From contig NC_007517.1 of NCBI RefSeq assembly GCF_000012925.1, positions 630,001-662,000 of the forward strand: a stretch of DNA of 32,000 nucleotides. Reading direction: 5' to 3'. The stretch is from Geobacter metallireducens GS-15 (GTDB taxonomy: Bacteria; Desulfobacterota; Desulfuromonadia; Geobacterales; Geobacteraceae). Below, one piece after another: positions 16,169 to 25,691 of this stretch (position 1 is its first letter; every line of letters starts with the position of its first letter). A program made the position numbers and the translations under genes. Under the pieces are notes generated by a model that searched no databases, was not told where the DNA came from, and saw only the letters and a list, made by a program, of their open reading frames with translations.

Positions 16169-18682
16169 GTGACGAAGCCTCTACGGCCCGGAGTTCAGCT
16201 CCTGCTCTGCCTGATTGCCTATTTCTCCTCCGGTGCGGCGAGCCTCTGTGCGGAAGTTACCTGGAACCGGATGCTCATCGTGGTGGTGGGCAATTCCCTC
16301 GCCGCGACCTCCATGATCGTCGTGGTCTTCATGGGGGGGCTCGGCCTCGGGGGGTATGCCGGCGGGAAGCTCCTGGCGCGCCGCCGGTGCTCGCTGCTTC
16401 CCTACGCGATCCTTGAAGTTCTCATTGCCGCCTACATCCTCCTCTCGCCAATCCTCTTCGACCTCCTTGCCGGTGCCTTCTCCTCCCTGGCCGAGCAGTG
16501 GGAACAGCCGGCGCTGCTGAGCCTGCTGCGGTTTGCCGTCACCGTGGTGGCCCTGTTGATCCCGGCGACCCTCATGGGGGCGACGTTCCCCGCCATCATG
16601 ACCGGGGTGCGATCCAGGTATCCCGAAAACAGCCATGCGCTCCTCTATGGCGTGAACACCGTGGGGGCGGCGGTGGGCTGTTTCGTGGGGGGGTATCATC
16701 TGCTCTTCGAACTGGGGGTTCAGGCAACGCTCTGGCTGGCCGCCGGACTTGGCGGCGTATCAGTCCTCTGTGTGGCCGTGGCAGCGGTTCTGTCTCCGTC
16801 TCGGGCCTGTTTCCAGCTCGCTCCGGAGCCGGAGGTGGCCGACGAAGGCACTTCTGCTTCCGGCGAGGGGGGGCTGTTCCGGTTCCTGGCGGTTTCCTCC
16901 TTCCTAGTTGGGTTTGTGGCCCTTGCCTACGAGGTGCTGGTCACCCGGATGGTGATTCTCTTTCTGAACAATCTGGCATCCACGTTCGCGCTGGCCCTGA
17001 CCGGCTTCCTGCTGGGGACCGGCGCCGGGGCGCTGCTGGCCAACGGCGCCCATGCCGCAAATAACAGGATCGGCGGGAACGGGGTGCGCCTGTTCGGGGC
17101 CATTGCCCTGTTGTCGGGCATCCTGCTAGCTGCGACCCCCTATGCTATCATGGCGGCCAGCTACCCGCTGCAGGCCCTCGGCATCATCGTCATCCCGATG
17201 GTTTTTCTCGGCTCGCTGCTCCCCTTCGCCATCCGGACCCTGCACGCGAGGGATCGCGAAGCCGCGATCCGGGGGACCTCCTTCCTGTACGCCGCCAATA
17301 CGGTCGGCGGGATGCTGGGGGCCGGCCTCATCAATTATCAGCTTCTGCCGAGGATCGGCCTGCAGGGATCGGTCGGGCTCCTGTTCGGCATCTGCGCCGC
17401 CATTGCCGTCGCCTGCTTCGTCCCGTCCCTGACCCGCGGCTTCAGGTGGGCGACCCTGCTGCTGGTTCCGGCGCTCATGCCGCTCATCACGCTGAATGCC
17501 CTGCCGAACATCATGAACCGCTATGCCCTGAAGATCGCCGAGTGGACCGGGGCCCCCGAGGTTACGATCAGGCTTATTCACGAAGGGCGCGCCGCCAACG
17601 TGACGGTGCTCGATCAGAACGATCCGAAGCAGGGGGAATTCCGGGACATGTATCTGAACGGCATCGAGGAGGCGTCGACCCGCTTCTACCACGCCCAGCT
17701 CTTCAAGCTCCTGGGGATGCTTCCGGTTGTCGTCCATGGGGCCGAACGGCCCCAAAACGCCCTCGTCATCGCCTTCGGCTCGGGGATTACCGCCGGGTCG
17801 GTCCTGGCGTCCGATATGATCTCTTCCCTCGATGTGGTCGATCTGAACCCCGATGTGGAGGGGATCAACAATCTGTTCAAGGAATTCAACGGCGACGTGT
17901 TCCACGAGCCCCGCTTCCGCTTTCACAATGACGATGGCAGAAATTATCTGGTGACCAGCGGGAAAAAATACGATCTGATCATCAGCGACTCGACCCACCC
18001 CTGCTCCTACGACAGCTGGATCCTGTACACCCGGGAGTTTTATCGCGATGTGAAGCGGCGCCTCCCCCCGGGCGGCGTCTTTGCCCAGTGGGTCTCCGTC
18101 TCCGAGATCATGCGGGGCGAGCTCTTCCCGATCTATCTGAATACCTTCCGGAGCGTCTTTCCCCATGCGACCTTCTGGTATGTTTACGGGTCGAACCAGG
18201 CCCTGATGCTCGCCACGCCGGAACCGTTCAGGCTCGATGCCGGCAAGCTCCAGAAGCGCCTGGACCGGCTCGCCCCCTGGTTCAGGGCCGGGGAATACCA
18301 GCTCGATTCAGTCGCGAAGGTGGCGGGCTTCTTCTGGCTTGATGAAGAGATGATGGGCCGGATGATCGGCGCCGAGACCCGTGTGAACACGGATATGCGC
18401 CATTATTTCGAGAAGTCCTCCATGCAGGCCCAAATCCCGCCGCAACGGCAGCTTCCCTTTTTCCAGGCCGATGTCACGCGGTATCTCACCGGTGGTGATG
18501 AACGGCTGCGCAGCGACATCCGAAAGGAGCAGAAGACGGGGTTGCTGCTGACCAGGTATGGTTTCTACAACGATATCAGAGACCTTGGCCAAGCTTACTG
18601 TTTAAGTCCTGAGAACAATAACGTAAAATACTGGATGAGATTCGCCTATTCCGGAAATATCCCCGCGGGACTGTGCCCCTAG
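16169..18682 (+). CDS. Fused polytopic membrane (MFS-like) / spermidine-synthase-like (class I SAM-dependent fold) protein
   Basis: The N-terminal ~450 aa consist of hydrophobic helices. The C-terminal part carries a SpeE-like core: ALVIAFGSGITAG..VDLNPDV..FHNDDGRNYL..KYDLIISDSTHP (compare the DxIIxDSxDP motif of aminopropyltransferases). A GTG at 16169 immediately follows the ankyrin gene TAA; the track start at 16130 overlaps that gene. Confidence 0.75.
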   Translation: MTKPLRPGVQLLLCLIAYFSSGAASLCAEVTWNRMLIVVVGNSLAATSMIVVVFMGGLGLGGYAGGKLLARRRCSLLPYAILEVLIAAYILLSPILFDLLAGAFSSLAEQWEQPALLSLLRFAVTVVALLIPATLMGATFPAIMTGVRSRYPENSHALLYGVNTVGAAVGCFVGGYHLLFELGVQATLWLAAGLGGVSVLCVAVAAVLSPSRACFQLAPEPEVADEGTSASGEGGLFRFLAVSSFLVGFVALAYEVLVTRMVILFLNNLASTFALALTGFLLGTGAGALLANGAHAANNRIGGNGVRLFGAIALLSGILLAATPYAIMAASYPLQALGIIVIPMVFLGSLLPFAIRTLHARDREAAIRGTSFLYAANTVGGMLGAGLINYQLLPRIGLQGSVGLLFGICAAIAVACFVPSLTRGFRWATLLLVPALMPLITLNALPNIMNRYALKIAEWTGAPEVTIRLIHEGRAANVTVLDQNDPKQGEFRDMYLNGIEEASTRFYHAQLFKLLGMLPVVVHGAERPQNALVIAFGSGITAGSVLASDMISSLDVVDLNPDVEGINNLFKEFNGDVFHEPRFRFHNDDGRNYLVTSGKKYDLIISDSTHPCSYDSWILYTREFYRDVKRRLPPGGVFAQWVSVSEIMRGELFPIYLNTFRSVFPHATFWYVYGSNQALMLATPEPFRLDAGKLQKRLDRLAPWFRAGEYQLDSVAKVAGFFWLDEEMMGRMIGAETRVNTDMRHYFEKSSMQAQIPPQRQLPFFQADVTRYLTGGDERLRSDIRKEQKTGLLLTRYGFYNDIRDLGQAYCLSPENNNVKYWMRFAYSGNIPAGLCP

Positions 18683-18684
18683 AC

Positions 18685-20325
18685 ATGCCATTCTTTTTGG
18701 GTGAGCCGAAAAAATACGCGAAGCACGCCGCAGGCATTGCCGCAGCATGGGCCGCGCTTATCTGCCTGGCGGTGTACCTGCGGGCCCTTGGCTGCGATTT
18801 CATCAATTTTGACGATCCGTACTACGTGATCGACAATCCCGGCATCAGGATCCTTGACCGGCAGTTCATCCGGGAGGCATTCACCACCTCCTACCTGGGG
18901 TGGTGGATGCCGCTCACCTGGGCCTCCTTTGCCATCGACTACCATTTCTGGGGGCTCGATCCGCTCGGGTATCACCTGACCAATATCGTGCTCCACGCCC
19001 TGAATGCCGGCCTGGTGGTGCTGGTCGCGGACCGGCTGCTGCGGCGGTGGCAGGGGGAATGGTCCGGGGGGGGGACGAGCTTCCTGTACCCGGCGGTACT
19101 GCTGCTGGCCGGGCTGTTGTGGGGGATTCATCCGCTGCGGGTGGAGTCGGTGGCCTGGGTGACGGAGCGCAAGGACGTGCTCAACGGCGTTTTCGCGCTC
19201 GGCTCGATCTTTTCCTACCTCTGCTACGCTGACCGCGAGGACAACGGGCGCAAGGGTGCCCGGTCCGCCTATGCGGTTTCCCTGCTGTTTTTCCTGCTCT
19301 CGCTCATGGCCAAGCCGGTCAGCGTGGTTATCCCGGCGATGCTGCTGGTACTGGACTGGTACCCGCTGGGGCGTTTGTCGCGCGAAAATGCCGTGAAAAG
19401 GGTCGCCGAAAAACTGCCGTTTTTCGCGCTGGCTCTGGCGGTGGTTGCCGCCACTATAACCCTTGCCAGCGGGGAGTCGATCCTGGTCTCGTTTCATGTT
19501 TTTCCGCTGTACAAGCGCATCATCCTTGCCGGCAGCTCGTTGTTTGCCTATCTCCGCATGGCCGTCTTCCCGGTGGGGCTGGTGAACCTCTACCTGCTTC
19601 CCCGTGTGTTCCCCGCGTCCTATTACCTGGCCGCTCTCGGGATTCTTGCCCTGACCTGCTTCTGCTTCTTTGGCTGGAAGCGCCGGCCGGGGCTGCTGGC
19701 CGCCTGGTTGCTCTTTGTCCTTCCGCTGGCGCCGGTCCTCGGGTTTCTCCAGAACGGCTCCCAGGCCTATGCGGACCGCTTCACCTATCTTCCCGGCGTG
19801 GCCCTGAGCATTGGTGGCGCCGGTCTGCTGGGGGGGATGGTTTCCCGCTGTCGTGGCCGGTCGCGTCAACTGGTCGTGGCGTTAGCCGTGGCGGCGACTA
19901 TCCTCTGCGGCACCGTTTCGTATCACCTGATCGGCGCCTGGAAGAATCCGGAGACGCTCTGGTCGCGGGTGATCGCCGTCGAGCCGATCGGCAGGGCATT
20001 CTATCTCCGGGCGGACTACCGGCAGCAGAAGGGGCGCTACCTGGAGGCGGCGGCCGATCTGGCCGACTCCATCGCCATTGGGGAGCGGGACGGTTTCCCG
20101 GGGGTGTTCAACCTGCATGCCATGCGGGGCGATGCCCTCAACCGGGCCGGGCGTTATGGGGATGCGGTGCGCGAATTCACCACCGCCATCAATCTGAAGC
20201 CAGTTCCGGAGTATTTCTACCATCGGGGAACCGCGCTCATGGCCCTTGGGCGCGGGGAGGAGGCAGCGGCGGATTTTCGGGAGGCCGGCGATGCAACCGG
20301 GCCCATTGCGTGGGAGGTGTATTGA
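18685..20325 (+). CDS. GT-C fold, PMT_2/TMTC-like membrane glycosyltransferase with C-terminal TPR repeats, copy 1
   Basis: TM1 is followed by an acidic loop (LGCDFINFDDPYYVIDNP). It also has HPLRVESVAWVTERKDVL and about 10 TM helices, then TPR-like helices (..YRQQKGRYLEAAADLADSIAI..GRYGDAVREFTTAINLKP..). The ATG at 18685 is 2 nt after the upstream TAG; a GTG at 18673 is an alternative start. Confidence 0.75.
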   Translation: MPFFLGEPKKYAKHAAGIAAAWAALICLAVYLRALGCDFINFDDPYYVIDNPGIRILDRQFIREAFTTSYLGWWMPLTWASFAIDYHFWGLDPLGYHLTNIVLHALNAGLVVLVADRLLRRWQGEWSGGGTSFLYPAVLLLAGLLWGIHPLRVESVAWVTERKDVLNGVFALGSIFSYLCYADREDNGRKGARSAYAVSLLFFLLSLMAKPVSVVIPAMLLVLDWYPLGRLSRENAVKRVAEKLPFFALALAVVAATITLASGESILVSFHVFPLYKRIILAGSSLFAYLRMAVFPVGLVNLYLLPRVFPASYYLAALGILALTCFCFFGWKRRPGLLAAWLLFVLPLAPVLGFLQNGSQAYADRFTYLPGVALSIGGAGLLGGMVSRCRGRSRQLVVALAVAATILCGTVSYHLIGAWKNPETLWSRVIAVEPIGRAFYLRADYRQQKGRYLEAAADLADSIAIGERDGFPGVFNLHAMRGDALNRAGRYGDAVREFTTAINLKPVPEYFYHRGTALMALGRGEEAAADFREAGDATGPIAWEVY

Positions 20326-20372
20326 GCCATGGAATGCGCTCCCGCCATAGCGTTGGCTGACGGTAGGGTCGG

Positions 20373-21593
20373 ATGAACTGGAAGCTTATCCGCATCATCG
20401 ATGTCTGGCTGGGGATCCCGATACTTTTCGGGATTTTTGTTGCCGGGCGGCTCTTCGGGAAGCGGCAGCCGCAGCGGCCGGCCACGGTCAGGCGCATCCT
20501 GCTGATCAAGTTCTGGGGGATCGGCAATCTTTTCATGATGCTCCCGTCGGTTCAGGCGCTGCGTGCGGCCCACCCGGCAGCCGCCATCGATGTTCTCTCG
20601 CTGGACAGCAACCGGGATGCCATCCGGGCCTGCGGCGTGTTTGACGGCGTCGCCACCATAACCACCGCCGGTCCGCTCCGCTTCCTGTTATCGTGGCGGC
20701 GGGCCGTCGCCCTGCTGAGAAGGAACCGCTACGACATCATCATCGACTTCGAGCAGTTCGCGCGGTTTTCCGCGCTGGTTGCCGGCCAGATCGGGGCCGC
20801 GGAAATTATCGGGTTCCGGACCGAGGGACAGCATCGGAGCCTCAATTTCACCGTTCAGGTCCCGTACGACAATGCGATCCATGTCACGCGTTCCTTCCAT
20901 GCCCTCGTTGCGGCTGCCGGAGCGGCACCGGTTGATCGCCTGCCGGCGGCCGGGATCAGCGGCAGCGAAAATCTGCGCGAACGCGGCAAGGAACTGCTCG
21001 CGCAAATCGGAATCGGGCCGGATGAGCTCTGCGTCGTCATGCATGCCGGCACCAGTGGCAATTTCAGTGAGCGCCGCTGGCCGCCCGAACGGTTTTCCTC
21101 CCTTGCCGATACGCTTCATGCCGGGCACAATGCCCGCACCATCTTCACCGGAGCGGCTGAAGAGGCCTTTCTGACCCGTGAAGCGGCAAGGCATCTGCAC
21201 CGGCCGTTGTCCGCCCTAGATCTGGGGGGAAAGCTGAAATTCCGGGACTACCTCGCCCTCATCGCGGCTGCCGATCTGGTGGTTTCGGCCGACACGGCGG
21301 CCGTGCACATGGCATCGGCGGTCGGAACACCGGTGGTCGGGCTGTACGGTCCCAACACGCCACGCCTCTACGGCCCGTGGGGAAGGGGGGGCGTGGCCGT
21401 CTGTCAGGGACTTGACTGTAGCCCCTGCATCACCAACTTCAACGCCAAGCTCCATGTCTGTCGCCACCCCGCGGGACGGGGGGCCTGCATGGGGGCCATC
21501 GGGGTGGAAGATGTGGCGGCTGCCATCCGGCGGAATTTCCTGGAGCCGGATGCCCCGTTTCTGCTCACCAGGCTCTCCGGGGGTATGCGGTGA
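20373..21593 (+). CDS. Glycosyltransferase family 9 (heptosyltransferase-like)
   Basis: N-terminal ILLIKFWGIGNLFMMLPSVQALRAAHPAAAIDVL and C-terminal LIAAADLVVSADTAAVHMASAVGTPVVGLYGP both match the GT9 pattern (..IxxSxxGD..P..; ..NDSGPMHLAAAxGxPxVxLFGP). Confidence 0.8.
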   Translation: MNWKLIRIIDVWLGIPILFGIFVAGRLFGKRQPQRPATVRRILLIKFWGIGNLFMMLPSVQALRAAHPAAAIDVLSLDSNRDAIRACGVFDGVATITTAGPLRFLLSWRRAVALLRRNRYDIIIDFEQFARFSALVAGQIGAAEIIGFRTEGQHRSLNFTVQVPYDNAIHVTRSFHALVAAAGAAPVDRLPAAGISGSENLRERGKELLAQIGIGPDELCVVMHAGTSGNFSERRWPPERFSSLADTLHAGHNARTIFTGAAEEAFLTREAARHLHRPLSALDLGGKLKFRDYLALIAAADLVVSADTAAVHMASAVGTPVVGLYGPNTPRLYGPWGRGGVAVCQGLDCSPCITNFNAKLHVCRHPAGRGACMGAIGVEDVAAAIRRNFLEPDAPFLLTRLSGGMR

Positions 21594-22645
21594 TGCGCTT
21601 CCCGCGGCTGGCATACCGGGTTCTGCGGAGCAACCTGGGGGACCTTCCGGAGCCGTACCGGATGACCTGGGGGGTCACCAGCCGTTGCCAGGCCCGCTGC
21701 GCCATGTGCAACATCTGGCGCCGGCCGGCCGGAGATGAGCTTTCCCTCTCCGAGATCGACCGGTTCCTGGCCCGTTCGAACCGGTTCTCGTGGATCAACC
21801 TGACCGGCGGAGAGATCTTCCTCCGCGACGATATCGACGGGATTCTCGATGTCATCGACCGGCACTGCCGGCAGCTCTGCCTGCTCAACTTCCCCACCAA
21901 CGGCCATGACAGCGACCGGATCGTGGCGGTGGTGCGGGCGTTTCTCGCCAGGATGTCGGTGCCGCGCCTGATGGTTTCGGTCAGCCTCGATGGTCCCCCC
22001 GAACTCCATGACCGGATCCGGGGGGTGGACGGTTCGTGGGAACGGGCCGTGGCAACCTTCCGCCGCTTGCGGGAACTGCGGTCCCGGCGCTTTTCGGTGT
22101 TTCTCGGCTACACCGTGCAGGAAGCCAATCTGGACGGGTTCGACGGCATGCTCCAGGCGGTCAGGCGGGAGGTGGAAGTGACGGATGACGAGCTCCACGT
22201 CAATGTGGCCCATGTTTCCGGGCTCTATTACGATAATGCCACCTTTTCGGGACTGCCGGCTCCGGAGGAGACCTGCCGCCTTCTGGACCGGATCAGCGCG
22301 TCGCGCCGGAGCGGGGTAATGAGTCCGGTCTCGTTCCTCGAACGCCGCTACCAATCCCTGGTCCGTCCGTATCTGGAGCGAGGGACTACGCCGCTTGCCT
22401 GTCAGGCGGCTGCCGCCTCCTGTTACGTCGATCCGGGCGGCACCGTCTATCCCTGCACCGGTTTTGACGCCCCGGTCGGCTCCCTCAGGGAATGGGGGTA
22501 TGATCTGGGGCGGCTCTGGCGCAGCCCACGGCGCCACGAGGTCAGGCAGGCAGTTCGGGATGGGGCCTGTCCGGGATGCTGGACACCCTGCGAGGCATAC
22601 CAGACCATCATGGCGAACCTGTTTGCTGGAGGCGGCAAAGGGTGA
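21593..22645 (+). CDS. Radical SAM enzyme with C-terminal SPASM/twitch-like Cys cluster, copy 1
   Basis: CX3CX2C motif (SRCQARCAMCNIW), GGE motif (NLTGGEIFL), and a C-terminal cluster CQAAAASCYVDPGGTVYPC...CPGCWTPC. The ATG at 21593 overlaps the GT9 TGA (TGATG); a GTG at 21590 is an alternative start. Confidence 0.85.
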   Translation: MRFPRLAYRVLRSNLGDLPEPYRMTWGVTSRCQARCAMCNIWRRPAGDELSLSEIDRFLARSNRFSWINLTGGEIFLRDDIDGILDVIDRHCRQLCLLNFPTNGHDSDRIVAVVRAFLARMSVPRLMVSVSLDGPPELHDRIRGVDGSWERAVATFRRLRELRSRRFSVFLGYTVQEANLDGFDGMLQAVRREVEVTDDELHVNVAHVSGLYYDNATFSGLPAPEETCRLLDRISASRRSGVMSPVSFLERRYQSLVRPYLERGTTPLACQAAAASCYVDPGGTVYPCTGFDAPVGSLREWGYDLGRLWRSPRRHEVRQAVRDGACPGCWTPCEAYQTIMANLFAGGGKG

Positions 22646-23775
22646 TGATCAGGAAGGTCTATCACGATTTCCTGCTGGCGAAGCTGAAGCAGGATGGGGT
22701 GGGGTGGCTTGCCCGGCGGGCGCGCCAGTACCTGCTGCTGCACCTCTCGCCGCTTGCCGGGCGAGCCCTGTGCGGCCCGGTTCACGGAAGCCTCATGGTC
22801 ACCCGCCGCTGTAACTGCGACTGCACCATGTGCGACATCCCCTCGAAGCGCCGGGAATCAGCTGGCACCGGGGGCGACGAGCTGGACACCGCACGCCTCA
22901 AGGAGATCATCGGGGAGTTTGCCCGCCTGGGAACGCCGGGCCTCGGCTTTACCGGCGGCGAGCCGCTGCTCCGCCCGGACATCTACGAACTGCTGGCCTG
23001 CTCCCGGCACAACGGCATGATTACCCATCTCAACACCAACGGTTATTTTCTCGACGACACGGCGGCGCGGTGTATCGTCGATGCCGGGGTGGAATCGGTC
23101 AATATCTCGCTGGACGGGGCCTCTCCGGCGACCCACGACCGGATCAGGAACTGCGGCGGCGCCTTCGAGCGGGCCACGGCGGCTGTGGAGCGCCTGCACC
23201 GGCTGCGCCGGGAGCGGGGAGTGCCGCTGCGCATCAAGATGGTGGCGGTCCTCAGTGAAGCCAACATCGACGAGGCCGGGGATCTGGCGGAACTTTCCCG
23301 CGAACTCGGCGCCGACTGCATCGAGTTCATTCCGTGCCAGCCGCTCACTGGCAATGGGGGTGACAAAGCGACGCCCGATGAGTCCTTCATGAAAAAAGTC
23401 GACCGGCTGGTGGAGTATCTGCTCGCAATGGGCCGGGAGCGGGGGATGGTCGAAAATTCTCCCGCCCACCTGCGGCTGTTCCGGTCATCGGTCGCCGGTG
23501 TCCCGTCTCCGGTGCGCTGCCGGGCAGGGTACCATTCCCTGTTGGTGGACTGCCATGGGGACGTGTTCCCCTGTTTTCCCCGGATGAGCTGGGGCCGGCG
23601 GGCCGGCAATGTCAGGCATGGCAGCCTTGTGGATCTGTGGCGTTCCGATGGGTACCAGACCCATCGCGATATCGCGTCCGCGTGCCGGGACTGTTATCTG
23701 AACTGTCATCTGGAACTGAATCTCTTGTTCGACCACAAAGCGCGGGGGCGATTCCGACGCGGGAGCGAGCGGTGA
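22645..23775 (+). CDS. Radical SAM enzyme with C-terminal SPASM/twitch-like Cys cluster, copy 2
   Basis: CX3CX2C motif (RRCNCDCTMCDIP), GFTGGEPLL, VNISLDGASPATHDRIR, and a C-terminal cluster CRAGYHSLLVDCHGDVFPC...CRDCYLNC. The ATG at 22645 overlaps the upstream TGA (TGATG). Confidence 0.85.
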   Translation: MIRKVYHDFLLAKLKQDGVGWLARRARQYLLLHLSPLAGRALCGPVHGSLMVTRRCNCDCTMCDIPSKRRESAGTGGDELDTARLKEIIGEFARLGTPGLGFTGGEPLLRPDIYELLACSRHNGMITHLNTNGYFLDDTAARCIVDAGVESVNISLDGASPATHDRIRNCGGAFERATAAVERLHRLRRERGVPLRIKMVAVLSEANIDEAGDLAELSRELGADCIEFIPCQPLTGNGGDKATPDESFMKKVDRLVEYLLAMGRERGMVENSPAHLRLFRSSVAGVPSPVRCRAGYHSLLVDCHGDVFPCFPRMSWGRRAGNVRHGSLVDLWRSDGYQTHRDIASACRDCYLNCHLELNLLFDHKARGRFRRGSER

Positions 23776-25613
23776 ATTTCTTTTCTCTGAAACGGGAACA
23801 GGCGCTGGATTTCGTCTGCCTTGCGGTGGTGGTCCTGGCTGTGTATGGGAGAGCCCTTGGCCATGATTTCCAGACCAACTGGGATGACAACTGGTATGTG
23901 CTCTATAACGAAGCCGTGCGCGGTTTTTCATGGGACCATATCCGCAGCGCATTCACCGGTTACTTCGGCGGATATTACGCCCCGGTGCAGGTCGTTTCGT
24001 ACATGCTTGACTATTCGCTCTGGGGGCTCTGGCCCGGCGGCTTCATCCTGACGAACATCCTGCTGCACCTGCTGAACGGGCTCCTGATCTACCGGTTGCT
24101 CCTCGGTTGGTACGGGCAGCGTCTGGTTGCTCTGGTGGCATCGGCAATTTTCCTGGTTCATCCGGTCCAGGTCGAGGCCGTTGCCTGGATCTCCCAGAGA
24201 AAATCACTCCTGGCCCTGCTCTTCTTCCTGATCGCCTGGAAACAGTACTGCCGCTATCGCCTGGCCCCGACAGGGAGAGGACGATGGAGCTATGGGGCAT
24301 CCTGCGGCGCGTTCCTGTTATCGTTGCTGGCCAAGCCGACCACGGTGGTCCTTCCCGTAATCCTGGTGCTGTACGACCACTGCTTTGCCGATGGGGACCG
24401 ACGGTCCCGGTATGCGGACAAGGTTCCCTACGTGCTGCTGGCCGGCATTTTTTCTGCCCTGACCCTCTATACCCAGTCGCCGGAGGTGGCGGAAGGTGGC
24501 CGCACCGCCTACCACGGCGGGAGTCCCCTGGGGACGCTCTACACGATGCTCCCCGTGTTCTGCCGTTATCTGGAAATGCTGGTCTGGCCCGCCGGCCTCA
24601 GTGCCGCCTATGCTCCCCCGATCCGGCAGGCCGTTGACGCCACAGTGGTCCTGTCGGCCCTCCTCCTTGCCGGCATCGCCGTGGCCTCGGTCCGGCTGTA
24701 TCGGGTCGACCGGCGGCTCGCCTTCTGGGTCCTCTTTTTCTGGGTCGGGCTCCTGCCGGTTTCCCAGATCGTGCCGGTCATCTCGCTGCTGTACGACCAC
24801 TATCTCTATCTCCCAATCATCGGCGCGGCCGCCTTGGCCGGATCGGGCGGGGCACTGCTGTGGGAGCGCCTGGCACCGGAGCGCCGTTTCCTGCTCTATG
24901 CGGTTGTGCTGCCGGTGCTGGCGGCCCTTTCCGTGGCCTCTTTTCAGCGGACCGGCGTCTGGAAGAATTCCCTGACCCTCTGGAGCGATGCCGTTGCCAA
25001 GGAACCGGGGAGCGATCTGGCATGGCAGATCCTGGGTGGATCGCTATTGGACGTTGGCAGGATTGCGGAGGCCAGGGAGGCTTATCAGCGGGGCTTTGCG
25101 CTCAATCGGTCAAATACGGAGATCCTCCATGCCCTGGGGCAGATTGCCACCAACACGGGGGAGCTTGACCAGGGATACCGGATGCTGAAGAGGCTCCTGG
25201 AGCTGAAGCCCGATTACGTCTCCGGCTGGGCCAGTCTTGGCACCAATTACATGAAACGGGGCGACTACGGGGAGGCTGAAAGGGCATACCAGCGCGCACA
25301 CTCTTTGCAACCGGAGGCGTGGCAGGTGGTGTCCTTGCTGGGGAATCTGGCGCTGACCCGGGGGCGCCTGGAAGAGGCCCGCGGATACTTCGTGCAGGTG
25401 GAGGCACAGGCGCCGGGGGACGCCGCCAATGCCTATGCCCTGGCGAGCGTCGAGGCCCTGTCGGGCAATGCCGATGCCGGCCTCGCCTGGCTGGAGAAGG
25501 CCGTGCAGCGGGGGTACGACGACTTCGGACGGATGTACGACGATCCGCGGCTGTCGGCCCTGCGGGACAGCCCGCGCTTCGACCGCCTGGTGCGGAACAA
25601 TGCTGGAAGATAG
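23772..25613 (+). CDS. GT-C fold, PMT_2/TMTC-like membrane glycosyltransferase with C-terminal TPR repeats, copy 2 (paralog of 18685..20325)
   Basis: Motifs are collinear with copy 1: LGHDFQTNWDDNWYVLYN, HPVQVEAVAWISQRKSLL, LLSLLAKPTTVVLPVILVLYDH. At least 5 TPR-like repeats follow (..GRIAEAREAYQRGFALN.., ..GDYGEAERAYQRAHSLQP..). The GTG at 23772 overlaps the upstream TGA (GTGA); the track start at 23637 lies inside the radical SAM gene. Confidence 0.8.
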   Translation: MNFFSLKREQALDFVCLAVVVLAVYGRALGHDFQTNWDDNWYVLYNEAVRGFSWDHIRSAFTGYFGGYYAPVQVVSYMLDYSLWGLWPGGFILTNILLHLLNGLLIYRLLLGWYGQRLVALVASAIFLVHPVQVEAVAWISQRKSLLALLFFLIAWKQYCRYRLAPTGRGRWSYGASCGAFLLSLLAKPTTVVLPVILVLYDHCFADGDRRSRYADKVPYVLLAGIFSALTLYTQSPEVAEGGRTAYHGGSPLGTLYTMLPVFCRYLEMLVWPAGLSAAYAPPIRQAVDATVVLSALLLAGIAVASVRLYRVDRRLAFWVLFFWVGLLPVSQIVPVISLLYDHYLYLPIIGAAALAGSGGALLWERLAPERRFLLYAVVLPVLAALSVASFQRTGVWKNSLTLWSDAVAKEPGSDLAWQILGGSLLDVGRIAEAREAYQRGFALNRSNTEILHALGQIATNTGELDQGYRMLKRLLELKPDYVSGWASLGTNYMKRGDYGEAERAYQRAHSLQPEAWQVVSLLGNLALTRGRLEEARGYFVQVEAQAPGDAANAYALASVEALSGNADAGLAWLEKAVQRGYDDFGRMYDDPRLSALRDSPRFDRLVRNNAGR

Positions 25614-25691
25614 GATGCTTGTGACGATGATACGTGGTGCCGGATGGCGATGCGATGAGCCCTGTTATTTATCCTTGGCGGATTTCGAATC

